Of a stretch of 64,000 nucleotides of DNA, positions 46,765 to 57,392 are shown piece by piece. This stretch comes from Scenedesmus sp. PABB004. Lineage: Eukaryota. Position 1 is the first letter of the stretch. Each line of letters begins with the position of its first letter. The translations under genes and the position numbers were made by a program. The stretch spans positions 310,001 to 374,000 of the forward strand of contig JABVCE010000012.1 of the NCBI GenBank assembly GCA_014905635.1. Direction: 5' to 3'. The notes below the pieces were generated by a model, which searched no databases, had not been told where the DNA came from, and saw only the letters and a list, made by a program, of their open reading frames with translations.

Positions 46765-48053
46765 TCACTCGGGCTGATCCCAAATCCACAAAAACACGGC
46801 CCCGTGGCGACCTGCCGATGCTTCCATCATGCAGTCGCCGCGCCGCCAGGGGCAGCCGTTGGCACGCGCCCAGCGCAGCACGTCCAGGTGCCCGAAGCGA
46901 GCCGCGCGCCAGCACACCCACTTGTCCCACGGCGCGGGATCGGCCTGGGCGCGCGCCCAGCGCAGCATCTCCACGTCGCCGCGCGCCGCAGCCTCCCAGC
47001 ACATGCCGCCCCAGGGCAGCGGCGGCGTCTGCGCGCGCGCCCAGCGCAGCACATCCCAGTGCCCACCGTAGGCTGCTCCGCTGCACACGTGCTCCAGGTC
47101 CAGCCCCTGATCTCGCGCCCACTCCAGCACGGCGAGGTGGCCGCGCCGCGCTGCTGCGGAGCCCACACCGCCCATCCAACAGCCGGTGCCGTGCAGCCAG
47201 GCCAGCCCCGCCACGTCGCCGGCCGCCGCGCGCGCCCCCGGCAGCTGCAGCTGCCACCATGCTGGCCAGAACTGTGCCGCCAGCCGCGCCTCCAGGACCG
47301 CCGCCAGCGGCAGCTCGGGGCACCACAGCATGTCATATGACATGGCGCCGCGGAAGCGCTCGCGCGCCGCCTTGCAGACCAGCTTGGCAGTCCACGCCTG
47401 CAGGGACGACGGCAGGAAGCTCAGGACGTGGAGCACGAGCGGCTGTGGCAGCTCTGGCAGCAGGGTGCTGGCGGCACGGGCGGGGCGCGGGCAAGCGGGC
47501 GGGCGGCGGGCGGTCAGGCGGCGCCTGCTGCCGGCGGTGGCGGCTCGTGGGCAGCGCGTGCCGCGCCAGGCAGCACCAGCCAGGGGGCTCCAGCAGCAGC
47601 AGCTGCCCCACGGCAGCACCAGCCAGGGGGCTCCAGCAGCAGCAGCTGCCCCACCTCGGCGCCGCCTCTGCCCCCGCCGGTGCCTCGCCTGCTGCCGCTG
47701 CGGCCGCCGCCCGCGCGCTCGTGGTCGGCCCGGCGTGCCGCTTGCCCCCCGGCGCAGCAGACAAGGCACGGCCTGGGCGCCTGCGGGGCAGCAGGGAGCA
47801 GCGGGCGGGGCATCGGCAGCAGCGGGCGTGAGCGCGCGGGCGGCGTGAGCGCAGCAGCAGCGGTGGCGCCCATCCGACAGCGCGTGCCGCGCCAGGCAGC
47901 ACCGGCCAGGGGTCACCAGCGGCAGCAGCAGCGGACCCACCTCGACGCCGCCTCTGCCCCAGCCGGTGCCTTGTCCGCCGCCACCGCTGCGGCAGCCGCC
48001 CGCGCGCGCGTGGTCGGCCCGGCGTGCCGCTTGACCGCCGGCGCAGCAGACAT
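46765..48053 (-). CDS. F-box-like + ankyrin-like repeat protein (U11), with duplicated exon-1 region
   Basis: ATG 48053. A second exon-1-like segment (ATG changed to TTG) lies at ~47860-47650. Acceptor near 47466; ends WIWDQPE*. Confidence 0.75.
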
Positions 48054-48740
48054 GGCGCCACCTGACAGCCTGCAGGCCACCAGGGAGCAGCAGGCGGGGC
48101 GCCGGCAGCAGCGTGCGAGCGCGCGGGCGGCGTGAGCGCAGCAGCAGCAGCGCGCGGCGCCCGCCCCCGCCCCGGCGCGGCGGCGCGGCGGCGGGCCTGC
48201 CAGCGGGGCCCGAGGCGCGCAGACCCGGCGGCCCACGCCACACGCCCGCCCGCCGCGCATCGCCGCAGCCCCCGCCGCCCCGCAGCGGGCGCCGCGCAGC
48301 GCGGCCCGCCCGCCGTCGCTGCCCTCCCCGCCCGCCCGCGCGCCCGGCTCGCCTGGCGCCGCGCTGGGCGACACGATTTAGACACCAGGCGCCCGCAGGC
48401 CCGCGCCCCGCCTGGCCAGGGGCGCGCCGCAGGCGGGGGCGGGCGCTGGGCGGCGGCGCGGCGCGTGCGGGCGCTGTGAGGGCCGCGGCCGGCGCTCGTG
48501 TGTGTGCGTGTGTGGCAGGGGTGCTGACGGCGGCGGCTGTGGGCGGCGGGGCGGCGCGCGCACAGGGGGCCTCCTCGGCGGCGGCGGGGGCAGCCGGCTG
48601 GGCGGCGCCTGCGCCCTGGGCCTGCACCGCCGCCTGGTGCGGCCGCTGCCGGGCGGGCGCGGCGCCTGGGCCTGGCGGCAGCACGGATGCGTGTGCGCGC
48701 GCACGGCCCACCAAGGCGCTTGCTCGCGGCATGCGCGTCC

Positions 48741-51700
48741 CTATGCCGCCTCGCTGTCGCCGCCCTCGCGCGCGCCGCCCGCCGCGCCGCCGGCCCCCGG
48801 CGCGCCGCCCGCCTCGCGAGGATCACCGCCGCCGCCGGCCGGTGGCGCCGCCGCCGGCAGCACCTTTGCGCTGACGGTCAGCAGCGCGACGCTCGCCTCG
48901 CTGAGCAGGCTGACCGCGCCGACGAAGTCCCCCGCCGCCTCGGCGACCAGCTCGATCGTGAACGCAGCAGCCATGCCCGGCGCGAGCGGCGCGGGCTTGG
49001 CCAGCACCCTGCGGGCGGCGGCGCGCCGCGGGCCGCCGCGTCGAGCGCGGCGGGGCCAAGCGCGGCGGCGCCGGGCGCAGGCCGGGCTCGCGCGCAGCGC
49101 CCCGTCCCCCTGCCCCCTGCCCCCTGCCCCCGCGCCTGAGCGGCAGCTCGGGGCGCCGGATGGTGATGCGCAGCACGTCTGCGCAGCAGCAGGCGGCACG
49201 GTGCGGCGCGTGAGGCCGGGGCAGCGCGCCCCGGCCGGGGCCGCCGCGGCCGCGGCCGCCGGCGCGCACCGGCGGAGCAGTTGAGCACGCGCGCGGTGCG
49301 GTGCACGACCGCGCCCTGCGGCACTGTGCCAAAGTGCAGGTGCGCGGGGCTCAGCGCCAGCTGGCCACCTGCGGCGCACGACGCGCGGTCGGGCGGTGTG
49401 GTGCGAGCCGGGGCGGCCGCGCCGCGCCGCCACGGCGCGGCCCGGCACTCGTTCGTGCCGCCCCCGCGCGGTGCGGCGCGCGCACCCGCTTTGCCGGCGC
49501 GCGCGATCATGCAGGCGCTGGCGGTCTTGGTGGTGCGCAGCGCGGCGCCCTCGCGCGCCAGGTGCGCCTCGTTCGGCGAGACGGGCGCCTGGCTCTGTCG
49601 CGGCGGCGTACGGCGCGCGAGCGGCTCTCGGGCGGCTCGGGCCGCGCTGCGGCGCCGGGGCGTGCGAGCTCGGGCCGGGCGCGCCGCGCCGCGCCGCACC
49701 CTGAGGTACGCCGCCGGCAGGCGCGGCGGCGAGGTGCGGCGCTGGCCGCGCACGTCGAGAGCGCCACGCGCCCGCGCCGGCGCGCCGTCCATGGAGCCAG
49801 CAGCCTCCGCATCCGCCACCTGCGCCTCGCCCGCCTCCTGCGCCTCCCGCGCCGCCTGCAGCCCGGGGCCCTCAGGCTGCGGGCCCTGCGGCGCTGCCGC
49901 GACCGCGGCCGCCGCCGCGGCCGCGCCGGGGCCGCCGAGGCTGGCGGGCCGGCCCGCGTGCATGAGCGGCGCCGGCGCGCAGTGCGGCGAGCCGGCTCGC
50001 CGCGCCGCGCCGCGACGAGGCCGCGCGGGGCTGCCACCGTCGCTCAGCGGCGCGGCGCCGGGCGGCGGGCCCTGCCGCGCGGCGCAGGCGGCGCCGCCGT
50101 CGCCGTCGCCGTCGCCGTTGGCGGCGCGCGCCAGGTAGACCCCGGGCCGCTGCTGCGCGCCTGCGGGGGGCGGCGCGGCGGTGGTGAGGGCGCGGCGGCG
50201 CGTGGCGCTTTGGCGCGTGCGCGGGGCTGCCAGCCCCGCGCGGCCGCGCGTGCACCTCCCCACGCCCGCGGCCGCGGCCGCGGCCGCACCCGGCGACGCG
50301 GGCGCCGGCGGCACCGCGGGCGGCAGCCGCGTGCGCGTGAGGGGTGCGCCGCGGCCGCTGAGCAGCGGGTCGCTCCGCGACGCGGCCAGGCCCTCCTCGG
50401 CGGCAAAGTAGGGCAGCGTGCGCCCCGGCGTGGGGCGCCGCGGTGTGTGGTCGTACGGGCCCACCGCCCGCACCCAGGGCCTGGCGGGGGGAGTGGGGGG
50501 GGGGGGGGAAGTGGCGGCGGAGCGGCGGGGGAGTCGTCAGGCAGCCGAGGGGCGGCCAGGCCCGGCGCCAGCGGCGCGCGACCGCGCTCACTTGCGCGGC
50601 TTGCGCCAGGCCGCCGCGGCCGCGGCCGCCGCGGCTGCCGCCGCCTCCTCGGCCGCGCGCTCCGCGGCAGCGGCCGCGTCCTGCTCCGTGAGCAGCTGCT
50701 CGCGCAGCTCCGCCATCCGGTCAGCTCCGGGGGGTGCCTGGTGGCGCGCCGCCGCTGTGTCGGGGTCCCACCCGCCCTGCTGCTCGCCGGCGCCAGCATC
50801 GCCAGCGGCGGCAGCCGCGGCGAGCAAGCCCGACACCTCGTCCGCGTCCGCGCGCAGCGCCGCGCCGCGCGGGTCCGCCGGCGGCAGCCGCGCCTCCGCC
50901 GCCGCGTCGCGCGCGGCGGCCCAGCTCGCCCAGGCCTCCAGCGCGGCGGCCGCCCGCGCGCGCAGCTCGGGCGTCAGCGCCGGCAGCTCCAGCAGCTCGC
51001 GCACGACCAGCACCTGCGCCGCCGCGCCGCCGCCGCCACCCGGCGGCAGCCGCGTCGCGAACAGGCCCGCGCCGCCCGGCGCGCGCTGCGCTGAGCCCTG
51101 CGGGTCGCTGCAGCAATATGCCGGGCTCAGCGCCGCCACGCGCGGCAGGCGCAGCCCCTGCGCCGCGCTGTGAGCGTGCGGCGTTGCGGGCGCAAACACG
51201 TCGGTGCGGCGCAGGCAGACCAGGCTCGCCGCGCCGTCCACGGCCGCCGGCGCCGCGCCGGTCGGCTCGGCCAGCAGCAGCGGCGCCAGCAACGCGCCGC
51301 GCAGCGTGTGCGCGGCCAGCAGGCAGTGCAGCAGCGCGCCGGGCTCCGCCGCGGCGCCGCCCGGCGCGGGCTGGCGCAGGTGGCGGCGCGCCGGCACCTG
51401 GCCGGGCTCGGCCTCGCCGCCGCCGCCGGGGTCGGCCCCGGCGGCGCGGCAAACGCGGCCAGGCAGGCCGCCACGGCCGCGCCGTCCAGCAGCTCGTACC
51501 CGCCCCCGCCGCTCCCCGGCCGCACCACAAACAGCCGCGGCGCCAGCCCGGGCGCCACGGGCGGCGGCGGACGCGCGGCGGCCGCTGCTGCGGCCGCCGC
51601 CTCGGCGGCCGCGGCCGCGGCCGCCGCCTCGGCAGCCGCAGCCGCCGCCGCCGCGGCCGCCACGGCCTCCCGAGCCGCACGCTCCTCGTCCAGCTTGTCG

Positions 51701-54700
51701 CCAAACGGGTCGGCGCCACGCGGTGTTGCAGGGCCCGCCGCGCCGGCCGCAGGCGCCGCCGCACCCGCCTGCTGGGCGCCTGCTGGCGTCGCGCCGCCGC
51801 CGCCGCCGCCCGCGCCGGGCGCGTGCTCGGCCGCCGCTGCCCCGTCCATGGCAGCAGCCACTGCCGGCTCGCCGCCGGGCGCGTCCTGCTCCGCCGCGGC
51901 GACGTGGTCGTTGCGCCAGACGGTCGGGCCGCCGCGGGCGCGAGGTGCAGCCGGCAGCCGCCCGCCTCTGCCATCACGGCCTCGCCGGTGGCCAGGTCCA
52001 TGCCCAGCAGGCCGAGGCACTCTGGGAGACCGCACACGTCCGCCAGCGGCAGCCGCGCCGCCGGTGCTGCCGCAGCCGGCTCAGCAGGCGGCGCCGCGCC
52101 GCCTGCTGGAGCCGCCTCTCCGCCGGCCGCGCCCGCGCCTGCATCCACCTCGCCGCCGGCGCCGTCCGGGCGGGGCGCTGCTGACGCCGTGAGGTCGGCA
52201 AAGCGCGCCAGCGCCGCGCCCGCGCCCGCGCCAGCGCCCGTGCCAAACGCGAGCCGCCCGCACGGCGCCACGAGCAGCGCCGCGCCGGCGTCCGGCGCAC
52301 GCAGCTCAACGCAGCGCGTGCGCGCGCTCCAGCGCAGCTCCGCGCCGCCGCCGAGCGCGAGGCGCACGCCGAGCGCGTCGCCGCGCACGGTCGGCGCGCC
52401 GGCCGCCTCAAAGCTCCAGCCGCCGCTGGCAAAGAAGCTGCGCCGCCCGCCGCTCGCGTCCTGCGCGTCACGCGGCGCGGCGAGCGGGGCCGCGGAGCCT
52501 CGGCGCGCGCGCGTCTGCGCACCGCCCAACACGGCGCCGCGCGCGGGCCACGGCCCCCCGCCCACCTGCTGCAGGCGGCTGCCGTCGGCGTAGGTCACGC
52601 ACATGTGCCCGTCCTCCCGGCACACCACCACCGCCTGCGTGTCCGGGTCGGTCAGCGTCGCCACGCGCACGCCGGGGCGCGGCGCGGGCGGGAGCGCCTC
52701 CAGCGCCGCCAGCGCCGCCTCGACCGCGGCCTGCTGCTCGGCAGCGCCAGCGCGGGCGCCCGGCGCGCCGTCCGCCGCGGCCGCGTTGCCGCCGGCGAGC
52801 AGAGCCGGCGCTGGCGGCGCCGCCTCGCCCGCCATGGCGGGCCTGGCCGGGGCCCGGCCGCCGCCCCGGCCGCCCTTCCTGGCCGCCGCCTCTGCCGCCG
52901 CCGCCGCCGCGGCTGCCTCGGCGGCTGCCGCGGCCGCGGCCGCCTCCGCGGCGGCCGCCGCGTCGGCCGCGGCGCGCGCGGCGGCGGCGCGCGCCGCCTG
53001 CACCGCGCCCGCGACGACGACCCAGCTGGCCGTGCCGTCGCTCGCGGTGCGCAGCCAGCCGTCCACCTCCAGCGCCGCGCCGCCGCCGCACGGCAGCTCC
53101 GCGCAGCCGCGCTGCTGCTCGCTGGTGCTGCCGTCCGGGTGCAGCACGGTCAGGCGCCCACCGCCGCCGCCCGTCGTCGCCGCCGCCGCCAGGGTCAGCG
53201 TGCCGTCCGGCAGCAGCGCGCGCCAGGCAAAGGGCCCCGCCGCGCTGCCAGCGTGGAGCAGGCCCGCCGCGAGCGGCGCGCCCAGCACGGCCACGCCGGA
53301 CGCCGCGAGGGCCTGCGCGGCGGCGTCGCGCAACGGGGCGGGCAGGCGGCAGCTCGGCCACTGCGCAGCGCGGCCGCTGATCACAAGCCGCGCGCGCACG
53401 CGGTGCCCCGCCGCTGCAGCCTGTGCCCGCGCGCTCACCTTGGCCTCCGGCGGCTCGGTGTGCTCCAGCAGCACGCGGCCGTCCGTGTCAAGCTCCACCG
53501 TCAGACCCTGGGGCATGCACACGCGCAGCGCCGCGCGCGCGGCCCCGCCGCCGCTGCCTCGGCCAGCTGCCTCGTCGCCGTCCCCGCCGGCTGGTCCCTC
53601 GTCGCCGCTCGCTGTGCAGCAGCTGGCAGAGACGACCAGGTCGCCGCGCAGCGTCGCCACGAGCCGGTGCCGCCCGCCGCCGAGCGCGTCCGGCAGCAGG
53701 CGCAGCGCCGTGCCGCCCTGGCGCAGCGCGAGCCCGCCGCCGCTGCCGGCGCTCGCCACGCCGCCAGTGCCGGTGAAGAGCAGGCGGCGCCGCCAGGCGG
53801 GCCGCGCCACGGCGGCGCTCGCCTCGTACGCCTGCGCGGCCGGGCGTGTTGTGTGAGGTGCTGGCGCGGCCGAGCCCGCACGCGCCCGCGCCTGCCCCCT
53901 CCCCGCCCGGGCGCGCCTGGAGCGGCAGCGCCGGCGGCACGCAGCCGGCGGCGAGCATCGCGGCCCAGTGCTGCGCGAGCGTGGTGGCGTGCGGCAGCGC
54001 GCGTGCGCCGCCGCGCTCAACGTCGGCGCCGGCGTAAAACAGCACCAGGCGCTTGCCGCTGGGGCCGTGCTCCGCCACCGCGACGTCCGGGTACTGCTGC
54101 GCCGCGCCAAGCATGACCTGCGCGGTGCGCGGCTGGGGTCAGCCAGCACGTCGCAGGCGACACGGCCCCCGCGGCGGCAGCGGCAGCCTTGCCCCCCACC
54201 TGGCCCAGAACGTGCGGCTGGAAGCGCTCCACGTGGCTGCGAGTCAGCAGCGCCTCGGCGTGTGCCGTCGCCGCGCCGCCCGGCAGCAGCGCAGCAGCCG
54301 CCTCCAGCAGCTCGCAGCGCTGCACCGTGGCGACCGCCAGCCCGTCGCCGCACTGCGCCTGGCGGCCAAGGCGGCGGCAGCGCGGCGTTGGCCGCCGCCG
54401 GCAGCTGCGGCTGCAGCCGCGCGGCCCGCCGCTGGCCCGGCCTCGCCTGCGCAGCCCGGCCCGGGCGCCGTGCGGGCGCACCTCGAGCTCCGCGCGCCGC
54501 AGCTCCCGCGCCAGCTCCGCACTCCCCTCCTCCGGCGCGCGCCCGTCGCCGCCCGCGCCGTCGCAGCCCTCGGCGCGCCCCAGGCCCGGCAGCGGCAGCA
54601 GCTGCAGCATGCGCGCTTCAATCGCATCCACCTCCCAGTCCGCCAGGGACAGACCGCGCGCGCCGCGCAGCGCCGGCGCGAAGCCGGTGGTCAGCCCGTG

Positions 54701-56817
54701 CGCGGCGGCCGCCGCGTCGTCGCCCTGCTCGCCGCGGGCGACGGCGGGCGCGCCCCTGAGCGCCCGCAGCGCTCTGCGGCCGCAGCCGGCACGCTGGCGC
54801 GCCGCTCTTCTTCGCCGCACCTCATACACCAGCGCCGGGTCGCGCGGCCGCGGTGCCTCTCCGCGCAGCAGCTCGCCGCCGCCGTCCGGATCCAGCAGCC
54901 GGGCGAGCGCGGCGTCGACGCCCGCGCCGGCCTCTGCCGCCGCCGCTGCCGCCGCCGCCGCCTCGCCCCCGCAGACCCCTCCGCCGCGCAGTCGGCCGCC
55001 GCCTGCTCCAGCAGCGCGTGCAGCAGCAGCGGCACGCCCACGCGCTCCGGCGGCACGCCCGACAGCAGCGCGGCGTAGCGCCGCGCGCGCGCGGGCGCGG
55101 CCGGCGGCGGCGGCATGCGCAGCACGCGCGCCGCGCCGCGCCACGCGTCGTGCGCCGCCGCGCGGTCCCGCAGCGTCAGCAGCACACGCGCCAGCTCCTT
55201 GGCGCCTTCCACCTCGCTCGGCGGTGCGGGCGGGCCCGGCCGAGCGGCCGGGGCGCCGGCAGGCGGGGCGGCGCCGGGGCCGCCGGGTGCGCCGCCGCCG
55301 CTGCTCGTGCCGGCCGGCCGCACGGCCGAGCCGGGCTTGGCGCCGCTGGCAGGCGCCCCCCGTGCGGCGTCGGGCGCCGCGCGCGGGCCGCCGCGGCTGC
55401 GACCGCGGCCGCAGCTGCGGCCGCGCTCGACGCGGCCGCCCAGGCCGGGTCGGCCACGCAGCCGCCCGGCGGCGGCGCGGTCCACGGGCTGCCCGCGTCG
55501 CCCACGGGCACGTCGAGAACCACCAGCCCCGCCAGCGGCGAGTCCCACGCCGCCGCCGCGACGTCGGCCGCGAGCGCCGCGAGCTCCGCCGGCATCGCGC
55601 CGCCGCCGCCGCCGCCGGGCGCACCCAGCGCGGCGGGCCCCCCGCCGGCGCCGCCGAGCCGGGCCGCTGTGGCGGCGGCGGCGCCGCGGCCGAGCCGAGG
55701 CGCGGCGGCGCCGATGCCGCCGCAGCGGGGCGCAGCCACAGCACGCCGCGCAGCGGGAGACCCGCGTCGGCGACGCAGGCGGCGAGGCCATCGCGCGTGT
55801 GCGGCAGGCCGTCCACGATGTATGGCGCGTAGTGCCGCCACGGGGCGCCCAGCGCCGACCGCGCCGCGGCGGCGCCCGCGTCTGCGCGCGCGCCGCGGGG
55901 GCGGGCGCGGCGGGTCGTTGTCAGCGCCGCACGGCCTGCGCCGGCGCGCCGGCCCCCTGGCCGCCCCCGGCGGCGGCACGCGCACGCACCCGCGGCCTCC
56001 GCCGCGCGCGCCAGCTCTGCCGCGCGCTCGTCGGCGCCTGCCAGCGCCGCCTCGGCCTGCGCCAGGCGCCGCCGCTGCTCCCGAGACAGCTCCGGCTGCG
56101 CGTCCTGCGCGTTCGGCGGCGCGCCCGGCTCGCCCCCCGGGTCGGACGCAGCACCACCTCCGTCGTCCGCGCCGGCGTCGGCGCCTGCGTCGTCGCCCAC
56201 CGGGCCCGCCGGCTCGGCCAGCCGCGGCAGGCTCGCCTGCACGGCCGCGAGCGCGGCGGCCGCGCCGGCCCGGGCCTCGTCGGCCGCCGCGGCGCCCCGC
56301 GCGCCGCCGTGGCCTCGGCCTCGGCCCGCGCGAGCGCCTCGCGCCGGCGCACGAGCTCAAAGCGCCAAGCCAGGCCCTGGTCGTGCGCGAACCGCGCCTG
56401 CAGCAGCCGCGCCGCCAGCTGCGGCGGCACGCTGCGGGCGCGGGCGCGGGCGGGCGTCGGCGGGCGGGCGCCGGTGGGCGCAGGCGCGCGCGTGCACGAG
56501 CCGGCGGCGGTCAGCGCGCCGGATCTGCAGGTGCTCTAGGGCGCACGTGAACGGCTCGCTCGGCGGCGCCGCGGCCGCGTGCGCCGCCTCGGCGGCGGTG
56601 AGCTCGGCCGCGAGCGGGTCGCCCGGGTCCACGCGCGCGGCGAGGTCGGCGACGCCCAGCGGCTGCGCGACCGCGAGCTGCCGCAGCGCGTCGCGCAGCG
56701 CGGGCGCGCTCAGGCCGTCGGCGGCGTGCACGACCGCCGCGAGCGGCCGCCAGTCGGCCGCGAAGGGGCAGTCGGCCGGCAGGTCGGGCGGGAGCTGCGG
56801 CGGCGTGCGGCGGCAGG

Positions 56818-56857
<40 letters not shown>

Positions 56858-56983
56858 TGGGCTCGGCGGCGGTGCACGCTCGGCGGCGGTGCCCGCTCGG
56901 CGTCGCCGCACCTGGGCCGCGGGGTCGGGCTCCGCCGGCGGCGCGGGGCCGCGCGCCGCCGCGCGCGCGGCGCGCGGCGGCAT
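48741..56983 (-). CDS. PF6: PF6/SPAG17-like axonemal central-pair protein (multi-exon)
   Basis: Recalled SPAG17-like segments YAALLSGVPPERVGVPLLLHALLEQ and TDPDTQAVVVCREDGHMCVTYADG. C-terminal PapD-like domain LSPAHLHFGTV...LAPGMAAAFTIEL. Large, Ala-rich. Confidence 0.72.
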
Positions 56984-57392
56984 CGCTGCGGCTGGCGCCG
57001 CGCTAGGGCGCCGCGTGCGCGGGGCGTGGCAGGCCTCGTGCCATGGGCCTTGGCGGCTCGGCTCGCGAGTGCAGGTGGCGGCGCTCGGTCAACGCTCGGC
57101 GCGACTGCGTAGCTGGCCGCGCGTTTCCGCGGTGTACGTGGGATGCAGCGGGGCGGCCCAACCGCTGAACGGAGCCGGTGCGGCGCGGCGGCGTTGGAAG
57201 CGTCGCGGCGCGGCGCGTTCTTTGTTGTTCTGCGCCCGCCGCAGGCGTGGCCTGGTCCCTGCGTCCGGCCGCCGCTCTCCTTCACTTGACGAGCGCACGC
57301 TCGCCGCTGGCCGCTCCCGACCTGCCGCCGCTTCAAACGCGCGCCGCTGCTGCCGCTGCTCCGCTGCTGCGCTGGTGCGCCCCGCCGCGGCC

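Larger units (their letters stand above)
44415..48632 (-). repeat. Tandem array of cassettes U11, U10 and leader-only U9
   Basis: Leader starts at ~48632, ~46705 and ~44945. Conserved spacer 44945-45200. Confidence 0.9.

Noticed and set aside
50721..54353. Very long Ala/Arg/Pro/Gly-rich ORFs (e.g. 1210 aa here, 1112 aa at 56547-59885, 829 aa at 34436-36925)
   Set aside because: Stop codons are rare at this GC content. These ORFs are read-throughs across introns or antisense shadows of real genes.
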